This document shows positions 28,596-37,182 of a stretch of DNA of 56,066 nt, in pieces. The notes under the pieces were generated by a model. The model worked only from the letters and a program-made list of their open reading frames with translations, was not told the origin of the DNA and ran no database searches. The number at the start of each line of letters is the position of its first letter. The stretch's first letter is position 1. The position numbers and the translations under genes are program-made. The stretch is from an uncultured Clostridia bacterium (GTDB taxonomy: Bacteria; Bacillota; Clostridia; Christensenellales; Borkfalkiaceae): positions 1 to 56,066 of the forward strand of contig CALWCR010000131.1 in NCBI GenBank assembly GCA_944376445.1. The letters run 5' to 3'.

Positions 28596-29870
28596 TTAAC
28601 CAAACAGTTCCGGAAGTTTGAGTTTCAGCTCTTCCATGACCGTAACTTTGCATTCCGCCGCCGTCTTTCCGTTTTTCATGGAATTGAGGCACAGGCCCAA
28701 AGATTCACTGAACGTCGTGTCATATTGCGTAACAGGCCTGGCATTTACGTCATCCATATTGTCGAGGAAGAATTTCAGAATCTTCTGCCCGCCGAAGAAA
28801 GCGTCTTCCCTGTCGTACATGGGATCGTCATAGAGCGTCACCAAAGTACCGATCCCTCCGCTGCCGCCGGCATCCAAGATAGCTTTCTGCGTATTCTTCT
28901 GCCCTTCTTCCGTAAGCAATGCCCAGGAAATGAAATCCCACGCCGCCTCTTTATTCGGAGAACGGTTATAAATGCTGTAGCTGGTACCGCCGAAGCTGAA
29001 CAATTTTCCGCCCGCAGGCTTGCAAATACCCAAATTGCCCGCCTGATCTTCCGCATTGCCCTTGATATGATAATCCATGCACCATGCGGGACAGATATTG
29101 AACACATACTTCGGATTATTGTAAGAAGTATAATAGGCCGCCGTCCATTGATCCATTTTCCCGCAGAGGCCTTCCTTAACGAATTGTTCCAGTTTCGGGA
29201 AAACCGCGTCGCATACCGCTTCGATATTCTGTTCGCCGCCCTTCATATAGGGAACGTTTTCCATACCCACGATGATGCAATACACGTCTCCGATGCTCGC
29301 AAACGGGATCACTTTCCCGCCGCTTTGGTCATAGATCCGTTTACAGGCGTTGAAAAAGCCGTCCCACGTCGCAAACATTTCGGAAAGCGCAGCTTCATCC
29401 GAAGTGCCCAGATATTGTTCGCAGAGATCCCGCTTATAGAGCAATCCCGTAGGCGCGGGGCCGCTCTCCACGCCCAATAATTTTCCCTCTTCATCCTTGC
29501 AAAGCTCCAAAACCCAATCTTTGATCAGGCTCGTATCCAAATTATACGGGTCTTGCGACAGATCTTCGCAAATATCCAAAGAAAAGAGTTTTCCGCGGGA
29601 AAAATAATCCCCCCACAAGATATCCGGTACATCTTCTTCCACGAAAAGCGCCGTTTGCAGCAGATTGATGTACGCGTTGCCGTCGACAGGAACGATGTTG
29701 ATGTCGACGTCCGGATTGATCTTGTTATATTCGGAAACCATTGCTTCCGTCGTCGCTGTATCATAGCTCCAGATCGTAAGGTCGTAATCGTCGCTGCCGC
29801 AACCGACGGCGACAGCCGCCGACGAAAAGATAAGGCAAGCCGACAATGCGGCAGTCACAATTTTTTTCAT
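28596..29870 (-). CDS. Sugar ABC transporter solute-binding lipoprotein
   Basis: Lipobox AVGC; LTIWS; LLYKRDL; GGTSYSI...NKEAAWDFI. Confidence 0.93.
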   Translation of the reverse strand: MKKIVTAALSACLIFSSAAVAVGCGSDDYDLTIWSYDTATTEAMVSEYNKINPDVDINIVPVDGNAYINLLQTALFVEEDVPDILWGDYFSRGKLFSLDICEDLSQDPYNLDTSLIKDWVLELCKDEEGKLLGVESGPAPTGLLYKRDLCEQYLGTSDEAALSEMFATWDGFFNACKRIYDQSGGKVIPFASIGDVYCIIVGMENVPYMKGGEQNIEAVCDAVFPKLEQFVKEGLCGKMDQWTAAYYTSYNNPKYVFNICPAWCMDYHIKGNAEDQAGNLGICKPAGGKLFSFGGTSYSIYNRSPNKEAAWDFISWALLTEEGQKNTQKAILDAGGSGGIGTLVTLYDDPMYDREDAFFGGQKILKFFLDNMDDVNARPVTQYDTTFSESLGLCLNSMKNGKTAAECKVTVMEELKLKLPELFG

Positions 29871-29881
29871 AAAACCCCTCC

Positions 29882-32089
29882 TTATTCGCCCGCTTCGGGG
29901 TCATACGCACCGCAACCCAAAGTAAACGCCCACTCTGCGGCATACGTCTTTGCATACGCGCCCGCCATCAGATATGCCTCTCCGTCGGGAAACAATCCGT
30001 CTACATCGATCTCCTCCGTCTGCCCGAACACCAATTCCGTAAACTCCTCGCTTTCCGCGTTGCGCATACGCACGCGCAGCCCCGTGCCGCTCAGAGTAAA
30101 GCGGATCACATATTGTCCGCCCGTCGCCGCGATCCCTTGGCTGATGCCTATCTGCGTCCATGCGCGGCCTTCGCCGACATAATGGGCATTCAAAGTCACG
30201 CTGCCGCCGTTGAAAGCGAAGAGGAAAAACACCGTACCGTTGCCTTCCTGCTTATCGCTGAACCATTCGGGCGCATTGGAAAGCGCAATGATATAGAAAT
30301 GTTCCGTCGCCCCGTCGATCCACTGATCGACGCTGTAATAAACTTCCGTTTCATTGATCGGCAGCGCCTGAGAATACATACCGCCCATGGTCGAAGGCGC
30401 ACTGTTTGCGTCTCCCCAATTGGTCCCGCCGTATCCCTTGAACTGTACCCGGTCCTGCGATCCGTTTGCATTCATGGTAATATCCGAACGGTACTCCGTT
30501 TCATTGACTAAGCCGCCCTTCTCAAACTGCACAAAGCCGTTCAACGAACCGAGAGAAACCGTTACTTCACATTCGTCCGAAACGCCGCCCAGCGTCACTT
30601 GCACCGTGCAATCTCCTATATGATTCCCGCGGATGACCGCTTTAAGAGGATCGTCCGGATCGGGCTGTACCGTGACATTCGACGCGCCGTCCTCGACCTT
30701 CCAGACCGCAGAACGGTTGGACGCATCGGCGGGCTGTACGGAAGCCGAAAGCGTGATTTCTTCAAATTGCCGTATGGAAATTTCACTGCGGTCCAACGTC
30801 AATCCCGTCACGGGGACATCCGCCTGCGTTACCGTAACGCTGCATTCCCCGCTTATCCCCTGTACCGTCGCCGAGATCACCGTCTCGCCGACACCGACTG
30901 CCGTAATACGTCCGTCGGCGTCTACCGTCGCGACCAACACATCTTCGCTGGCAAACTCCACCGTTTTATTCGTTGCATTTTCGGGCAAAACCACGGTCTG
31001 CGCCTGCACGCTCTCGCCCTCGCTCAAAGAAATCTTTTCTTCTTTGAAAGATACGCTCTGCACGTTTACGATCTGCGAAGCACTCTTGTCCAGCCCGATC
31101 GTAAACGCATATTCGCCTTCGTACTGCGACCCCGGATTGCCGATATGTGCGCCCGCCATTAGGTAACATTTCCCGTCGGGGAACAATTCGTCCGTTACGG
31201 TAATATAAGAAGACTTGATCGCATCGAACCACTGCAATTCGCCGTTCAGATACACCTCGTATCCTGCCGCCGTTTCATTCAGTTCGATGGTAACGGGCAT
31301 ACTGTAAGAATCCGCGGGCACACCTTCGCTCTCACCGAGATAGCTCCATCCTTCCCCCATTTCCAAAAGATCATGATAATGCGGTTTGAGTTTGATGTTG
31401 CCGTCTTCGTAAACGATCATAAAGAACAATGTTTTAACTGGATCTTCCCCGTTCCAATTGTTAAACAACTGCTTGCGGTCTGCAAGGGAAATGAAATACC
31501 AATGATCGCCCGTAAAATCCATCGGCTGATCGAGCGTATACTTGATCTTCAGCCCGTCAAGTTCGAGCGCCTCGTCATAATAGCCGCCCATACAGTCCGG
31601 CTCGGCATTGTTCACGGTATCGGGCCAGCTCAGCCCGCCTTTCCCGGAATATTTGACGCTGTCGCTGCCCACCGCTTGGGCGGTAACAGGGAAATACTCC
31701 CCGCCTTCTCCGCCTAAAAGGCCTCCTTTTTCAAATGCCTTGAAACCGTTGATGGTCTCGATCTGTACAGGCTCTGTAACCGTGACCGTGCAAGAAGCGC
31801 TCTTGCCGCCCGCGGCAGCCGTAATCTTGGCGCTGCCCGCCGACACGGCACTGATTAGGCCGTCATCCACCGTCGCCACCTTTTCATCGTCGCTTTCCCA
31901 AGTCACCGCCCCGTCATATGTACTCGGAGAAACGAGCACGCTCAATTGAAATGTGTCGCCGACTTCCAGCTGCAGCGTTTGCTTACTGAGCGAAACGCCT
32001 TCCACGGTATCTTTGCCGCCGCATCCCGCAAACGCAAACAGGCTTATTGCCATCAAAAACGCGGCTGCCAAGCATAAAAATTTCTTCAT
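29882..32089 (-). CDS. Lipoprotein with three Big_2 domains and two copies of an unrecognised ~220-aa beta-rich domain
   Basis: Lipobox FAGC (start MKKFLC at 32089). Big_2 motifs WESDDEKVATV, FASEDVLVATV. Duplicated NGFxxFEKGGL...MGG...LFPDGxxYLMAGA. Confidence 0.85.
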   Translation of the reverse strand: MKKFLCLAAAFLMAISLFAFAGCGGKDTVEGVSLSKQTLQLEVGDTFQLSVLVSPSTYDGAVTWESDDEKVATVDDGLISAVSAGSAKITAAAGGKSASCTVTVTEPVQIETINGFKAFEKGGLLGGEGGEYFPVTAQAVGSDSVKYSGKGGLSWPDTVNNAEPDCMGGYYDEALELDGLKIKYTLDQPMDFTGDHWYFISLADRKQLFNNWNGEDPVKTLFFMIVYEDGNIKLKPHYHDLLEMGEGWSYLGESEGVPADSYSMPVTIELNETAAGYEVYLNGELQWFDAIKSSYITVTDELFPDGKCYLMAGAHIGNPGSQYEGEYAFTIGLDKSASQIVNVQSVSFKEEKISLSEGESVQAQTVVLPENATNKTVEFASEDVLVATVDADGRITAVGVGETVISATVQGISGECSVTVTQADVPVTGLTLDRSEISIRQFEEITLSASVQPADASNRSAVWKVEDGASNVTVQPDPDDPLKAVIRGNHIGDCTVQVTLGGVSDECEVTVSLGSLNGFVQFEKGGLVNETEYRSDITMNANGSQDRVQFKGYGGTNWGDANSAPSTMGGMYSQALPINETEVYYSVDQWIDGATEHFYIIALSNAPEWFSDKQEGNGTVFFLFAFNGGSVTLNAHYVGEGRAWTQIGISQGIAATGGQYVIRFTLSGTGLRVRMRNAESEEFTELVFGQTEEIDVDGLFPDGEAYLMAGAYAKTYAAEWAFTLGCGAYDPEAGE

Positions 32090-32191
32090 ATGGACCCCCT
32101 CTGCGCATATGCGCAATCATTTTATCAACTTCATCTTACAGCAAACGGCGTTACCGAACAATCTTACAAATTTATTATTTTGTGCAAATAA

Positions 32192-33754
32192 TTATGATTT
32201 CCCGAGCCCGCCGCCCCCGCTGTTTCTGTATTCATTGGGCGTTTTTCCGTAAGTTTTCTTAAAATACTTTGAAAAATACTGCATATTGTTGAAGCCCACC
32301 ATCTCGCAGATCTCGCTCAATTTATAATTGCCGTTTTCGATCAAAGCCCGCGCCTTTTCCATGCGATATGCGTTCAGATAGGTGTTGAAATTTTTGCCGA
32401 CCTCCTTTTTGAACAGCTGACTGAGATAGACGGTGCTGATGTTCAGATGCCTTGCCGTTTCATACAAGCCTATATTCGTCATATAATTATCCGCAATATA
32501 TTGCAGGCATCTGGTGATCAAATAATTATATCTGTTTTTATTTTGCCCCGTAACATATTCCGCCAAGGCGTGCGCCTTGCCTTTCAACGCACAAAAATTG
32601 ATCGGCTGCACAAGCTCGGATAGCAACCCGTCATATTCCCGCCGTTCGGCAGGGTCTACTTTCTTTTTTAAAAATTCAAACTCAAACCGAAGATATTCCT
32701 GAAACTTTCTGAACTGTTTATACGACAATCCCGACATGAGATCTATAGCAAAAATTTTATCCTCATACTCTCTGTAATTTCCGTTCTTTCCGATCTCGTC
32801 GAGCATTTTGACGGCCGTTTCAATCATTTTGTCATAAGAGACACCGCTATGTTCCCTGACATAATAATCGCTGTACAGTACGATCTGCGACTCTCCGAAA
32901 AGATGAAAAGCATTCAGCAGGACATTCAATTCTTCCAGCGCCTCTTCCGTACCGCGAAAATCCAACCGGCAGCGGGACGCCAGACAGACGGTTTTGCCGT
33001 TCAACAGCCGTTCCGAATGACGCCGCAGCCTTGCAAGCACCTCTTTCTCCCGCTCCTCCATGTATTTTACGGACGGATGATGCGGCAAAGTCAACACGAG
33101 ATAAAACACATCGTCAAGATAAAAAGCAAAGCACGCTTCAAAATCATCCCCGGAAAATCCCGACAACGACCCGCACATCTTTTCATATTCGATTTTTTTC
33201 TGCAGCGACGATATGAGCGACAGGCGGATCATGAATTCTCCCGAGACGACGGCGGCAATAAAAAAACTTTTTCCTCCGCCGCAAAGAGAAAACAGGCGGT
33301 TCAGCCTTTCCGCATTTTTTTCATTTATGCGATCGTCCTGAAAAAAGATGAGCTTTTCAAAAAGCCTGTTGACGTTCTCCCGCCGATACTGCGACTCGTC
33401 CGTATGGCTCTTATAATCTTCGATAATACAGGAAAGCGCCGTCTGATTGACTTCCTCCCCGAAAAGAATATTTTTGACCCCCATGCGCATCGCCCGCATG
33501 GAATATTCAAAAGAACATTCGCGCATCAAAAAAATGACAGACAGCGCGGGACTGTTTTCCAGCAGTTTTTTAACGGCAGCCATGATCCCGTCATCCGCCA
33601 GGGAAACTTCGGCAAACACCAAGGCATACTCTTCCGGCCGTGCGGGCAAATCGCTCGGATCTTTTGAAAAATCCGCAACGACGCCGCTGCCGCGCGCCGC
33701 CCGCACGATCATTTCGTATATATCGTCGCTGTTTATATAGGAAAAAATTTTCAT
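32192..33754 (-). CDS. YesN-like AraC-family regulator with a degenerate (pseudo-) receiver domain
   Basis: C-terminal AraC HTH (LYETARHLNISTVYLSQLFKKEVG...VGFNNMQYFSKYFKK..GKTP). The N-terminus follows a receiver pattern (VIFL...SFEYSMRAMRMGV), but the phosphoacceptor position reads VFAEV. Confidence 0.88.
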   Translation of the reverse strand: MKIFSYINSDDIYEMIVRAARGSGVVADFSKDPSDLPARPEEYALVFAEVSLADDGIMAAVKKLLENSPALSVIFLMRECSFEYSMRAMRMGVKNILFGEEVNQTALSCIIEDYKSHTDESQYRRENVNRLFEKLIFFQDDRINEKNAERLNRLFSLCGGGKSFFIAAVVSGEFMIRLSLISSLQKKIEYEKMCGSLSGFSGDDFEACFAFYLDDVFYLVLTLPHHPSVKYMEEREKEVLARLRRHSERLLNGKTVCLASRCRLDFRGTEEALEELNVLLNAFHLFGESQIVLYSDYYVREHSGVSYDKMIETAVKMLDEIGKNGNYREYEDKIFAIDLMSGLSYKQFRKFQEYLRFEFEFLKKKVDPAERREYDGLLSELVQPINFCALKGKAHALAEYVTGQNKNRYNYLITRCLQYIADNYMTNIGLYETARHLNISTVYLSQLFKKEVGKNFNTYLNAYRMEKARALIENGNYKLSEICEMVGFNNMQYFSKYFKKTYGKTPNEYRNSGGGGLGKS

Positions 33755-34720
33755 TTATCCCTCGTTTTGCTTGTAATTGAGTACTTTTTTTGTAAATTCT
33801 TTATCGACATCGTTGAGCCAGATCTTATTTTTCATTTCGTTCCGATACAGCTTGATCAGTTCTTTGTTTGATTCCAGGCGGCAATCCCCCCATGTGCGCC
33901 ATTTGGCATACTTCGTCCAATCCCAGTTGATATAGCAAGCCGCTTTGATGACCGCATTTTCCTTGATATAACGGAAAAAGGAAACGAACCACTTCTGCCA
34001 GCCTTCCAGCGTCGCTCCGTAGCGGAAGGCGGTCGCTTCTCCGAGCATGACAGGCTTGCGGTGTTTTTCCGCGTCGCGCAAAAATGTATACGTATACGGA
34101 GCAGATTCTTCCGGCGTCTGGAATATTTCTATCCCCCACCAATCCACATACGCATCGCCCGGGTAATATTTTTCATAATCTTTATCGATCGCCGCAGGAT
34201 TATAGCTCCAGACAAGGCTCACGTTGTCGCAGCCCGTGTCCTGCATCACATTTTTGATCCGCCTGAACGCAAGTTTATAATAATGCGCGTCGTAACCGTT
34301 CCATTCACCGTTGAACCCGTACCCGGGGCGTATGAAAATAGGGCGGTCTATGCTCTTCATGGCGAGCATAAGTTTGGCTATCTCCTCATCCCTTCGCCCT
34401 TCTGCTATGTCTTTTTCGTAATTGCTGCCCTTCAGTTCTCCTTTACAAAACTCCAACCCGATCTGCGGGATGATGAGACTGTTTTCGGAATACGACTCCA
34501 TATGCATGATAAGCTGCTTGGCAAACAGATCGTATCTTAAATCATTGTACAGCCCGATAAAAGAGACCGACATGATGGGCGGATAATTTTTCAGGCAGCG
34601 GCGGTATGCGTCATACGATTGAAATTGCTCATAAATATCATACTGCCCCGTTCCGTGCAAAATATAGTTTCCCTTCGGTTCAAACTTCGCATTAAAATCC
34701 ACACGTTTGCAATAATTCAT
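33755..34720 (-). CDS. Cytoplasmic GH26 paralog with the acid/base Glu replaced by Gly (probable pseudo-enzyme)
   Basis: No signal peptide. Shares AKFEPKGNYILHG with the 27498 gene. RPGYGFNGEW (GGG codon at 34316-34318) vs RPGFEFNGEW; nucleophile KPVMLGE retained. ATG 34720 overlaps the upstream TGA. Confidence 0.85.
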   Translation of the reverse strand: MNYCKRVDFNAKFEPKGNYILHGTGQYDIYEQFQSYDAYRRCLKNYPPIMSVSFIGLYNDLRYDLFAKQLIMHMESYSENSLIIPQIGLEFCKGELKGSNYEKDIAEGRRDEEIAKLMLAMKSIDRPIFIRPGYGFNGEWNGYDAHYYKLAFRRIKNVMQDTGCDNVSLVWSYNPAAIDKDYEKYYPGDAYVDWWGIEIFQTPEESAPYTYTFLRDAEKHRKPVMLGEATAFRYGATLEGWQKWFVSFFRYIKENAVIKAACYINWDWTKYAKWRTWGDCRLESNKELIKLYRNEMKNKIWLNDVDKEFTKKVLNYKQNEG

Positions 34721-36906
34721 CTCTTTTCCTCTGTCAGACAAGTTTCAACGGTAAAATCCCCGAGCAAGCAGCGATTTTCAATATAAAAGCACACTTCTTT
34801 GCCTCGGCGAAAGACGTATACGACCGGCAAACGCCCGCTCTTCCAATCGGCAAAACCAAAAAGCGGTATACGGCAAGGCACAACACAAGGATCCAGCTTC
34901 AAACGGCGAGAAACGGCGTCGATAGCTATCCCGCCGCGGGCATAGATCAACCCGACCGCGGTAATGCCGCGCGGATAATAGTTGAGTTTATTCCAGCCGT
35001 ATGTGTCTATGAAACATCCTCCGCGCCCACCCTGATTTTCGTAAAGCTCATAGCGGACATATTTACAGATCTCTTTGGAAAAGTCCTCCCCCAGATAACA
35101 GGCAGTCATATCCCGCCAAATATTCTGCGATATCCAGACGTTGCTCGCATCGAAGCTGCTGTGCGTACAGCCGTACGGCGTCATGCAGGCTTCGCGGGCC
35201 GTCAATATATCCTTTCGCAGCCGCTCTTTATCCCAGCCGCACTCCGTCCCCGACATGAACAGATATAAAAGCCCGTTGGACGTATAGATCGAATATGCGT
35301 CGCCGCCTCCCTTTGCGCCCGTCACGCCGATGCTTTTATAAATGGAATCTTTGTGCAGACCGCCTTCGGACTCGATCAGATTGACGGCGTAATGATCTTT
35401 CCGCCAACCGTAACGCTCTATGCTGTCTCTGATCTTATCCGCCTCTTCCCTGCAAACCGCCCGCGCCTTCTTGCGGCCGAGTACGGACAGCATTTCCTCC
35501 GCGGCGATATACGCCGCATATTCTTTGATCCCCAAATAAATTTGTTCCTGTGCAAACTGCACGTTATCGGAACTGTCGTCGATCGTATTGGCCGTGCCGA
35601 CGTTTGCGAGCCCGTTGCCGGTCATATCGCAGGACCGATTGTAAAAGACCGCCCCCTCTATGATCGACGCATACTCTTGCAAAAGCCGCTCTCCGCCGTA
35701 CATTTTACAATAGGCATACACCAGCAAAATAAAATTGCAATTTTCCTCCACCGGCATGGTATGCAGATATGCGCATCCGCCCACATTCGACCCGCCGCCG
35801 AGATCGTGCGGCAAAAAATCCTCTTCCTTCGCCGCCGCCCAGTTCTTCAGTTCGCTTTCGAGAAGCTGCGGCCAAAACATCAGATAAAACAGGGCGACGT
35901 TATATTCGACGTCTACCGTGGAATGGAACAGGCAATTGCCTTCCCAGACGCTGAACCAATGTTTTTCCCGATCCCCGCAAAACCAGACGTTGGCGGCAAA
36001 ACTGCGCATCGCGAGCCCTAAAAACTGATAATAATCGGACGGCATATCGGCTTTTTGCAATATGGCGCAAACATCCGAAGAACGCTTTTCGATCTCGTCA
36101 TAATGCGCGAGCGCTTCGCCTGCAACTTCTTCGACGGAGGAAAATCTTTCCGTATAGGACAATTTCATTTTTTCGCCGCGGACATCCAATACTTCCGCAC
36201 GGCAATATCCCGCCAAAACGAAACGGACAGTCATCTCGATCCCCTGCCCGATCTCTCCCGCCGCCAACAGCATATTTCCTTCTTCCGCACATTCTTCTCG
36301 GCACGCGATCATGCTTTCCGCCACAAACTCGCGGGAGGTATGGCTGTTTTTCTCTAAAAAGCCCTTCCAGCCGTCCGTATCCTGATAATGGATGTGATCA
36401 TCCGTCAATCTGTATGTCTTTTGCATTTTCAGCGTTTTGCCGCACGGCCTGAATCCCGTCATTCGGGCATCGCAAAACACGGCGATCTCCTTGCGGTCAT
36501 CCGCACGGACCATCCGGTCGATCAGCCGCCGCACCTTCACCTTGCAAAGCAGCGCAGGCATGGTACAAAGCGCCTCATCCTGCGGATAAAAAGGCGCCAC
36601 GAACGAAAATTCCGCCACGACCCCGATCCTGTGATCGCGGCAGATATAGACCACCCTGTCAAAATATTCATGCTGCTCTATATATTGGAGATCCACGCTG
36701 CCGCTTCCGAACGGCAATCCGTAGCGCACATTATCGTAAATAATGCCGAAGTTTATTTTTTCCGGGCTATCAAAAAAACGTCCCAGCGGGGAAAAATAGA
36801 TCTCGCGCGTCTGCGGCCGAAAATTCAAACTGATCTTGCCGCCGAATTTAGCGACGATCGTCTCGGACAATGCCGAAGCAGGTTTGCTTTCATACGGTAA
36901 ATACAT
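34717..36906 (-). CDS. Cytoplasmic (alpha/alpha)6 glycoside-hydrolase-like protein, DUF4965/GtaA- and GH52-like
   Basis: SVWEG...STVDVEY, HDLG, MPVEENCNF, NTIDD and YLGIK resemble DUF4965 (TVDV, HDLG, MPVEE) and GH52 (VNEG, HDMG). No signal peptide. Confidence 0.65.
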   Translation of the reverse strand: MYLPYESKPASALSETIVAKFGGKISLNFRPQTREIYFSPLGRFFDSPEKINFGIIYDNVRYGLPFGSGSVDLQYIEQHEYFDRVVYICRDHRIGVVAEFSFVAPFYPQDEALCTMPALLCKVKVRRLIDRMVRADDRKEIAVFCDARMTGFRPCGKTLKMQKTYRLTDDHIHYQDTDGWKGFLEKNSHTSREFVAESMIACREECAEEGNMLLAAGEIGQGIEMTVRFVLAGYCRAEVLDVRGEKMKLSYTERFSSVEEVAGEALAHYDEIEKRSSDVCAILQKADMPSDYYQFLGLAMRSFAANVWFCGDREKHWFSVWEGNCLFHSTVDVEYNVALFYLMFWPQLLESELKNWAAAKEEDFLPHDLGGGSNVGGCAYLHTMPVEENCNFILLVYAYCKMYGGERLLQEYASIIEGAVFYNRSCDMTGNGLANVGTANTIDDSSDNVQFAQEQIYLGIKEYAAYIAAEEMLSVLGRKKARAVCREEADKIRDSIERYGWRKDHYAVNLIESEGGLHKDSIYKSIGVTGAKGGGDAYSIYTSNGLLYLFMSGTECGWDKERLRKDILTAREACMTPYGCTHSSFDASNVWISQNIWRDMTACYLGEDFSKEICKYVRYELYENQGGRGGCFIDTYGWNKLNYYPRGITAVGLIYARGGIAIDAVSRRLKLDPCVVPCRIPLFGFADWKSGRLPVVYVFRRGKEVCFYIENRCLLGDFTVETCLTEEKR

Positions 36907-36936
36907 CTCAGCCTCCGTAAAATGATCCTCGGCTTT

Positions 36937-36965
36937 ATTGTAAAAGGTACAGACGCGGCAAACAA
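36937..36965 (-). promoter_or_regulatory. Putative sigmaA-type promoter of the hydrolase / GH26* / regulator operon
   Basis: TTGTTT (36965-36960), 17-bp spacer, TACAAT (36942-36937). Confidence 0.4.
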
Positions 36966-37121
36966 GTGGCTACTTTTATTATTTTTTGCAAAAATTTAAA
37001 TAAAACGTCCGTTTTCTGCCGACGACAAAACAAGATCTGGCAAGCAGTGATCCGCGCCCTGAAGCCAGACGAGATTCGGGGGCGCAGGCCGAAAAAACAA
37101 GAAACGCCCTTTAAATCGCGA

Positions 37122-37149
37122 AAGCGGGCGGCCATACAGCCGCCCGCTT
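37122..37149 (-). terminator. Rho-independent terminator after GH4
   Basis: aagcgggcggc-cataca-gccgcccgctt stem downstream of the GH4 stop. Confidence 0.7.
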
Positions 37150-37182
37150 CCCTTTATTTACGTTGAAAATACCCTTTCGGTT

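Noticed and set aside
36970-37120. Possible riboswitch or ncRNA between GH4 and the DUF4965-like gene
   Set aside because: Only an imperfect hairpin; no recognisable conserved RNA motif.
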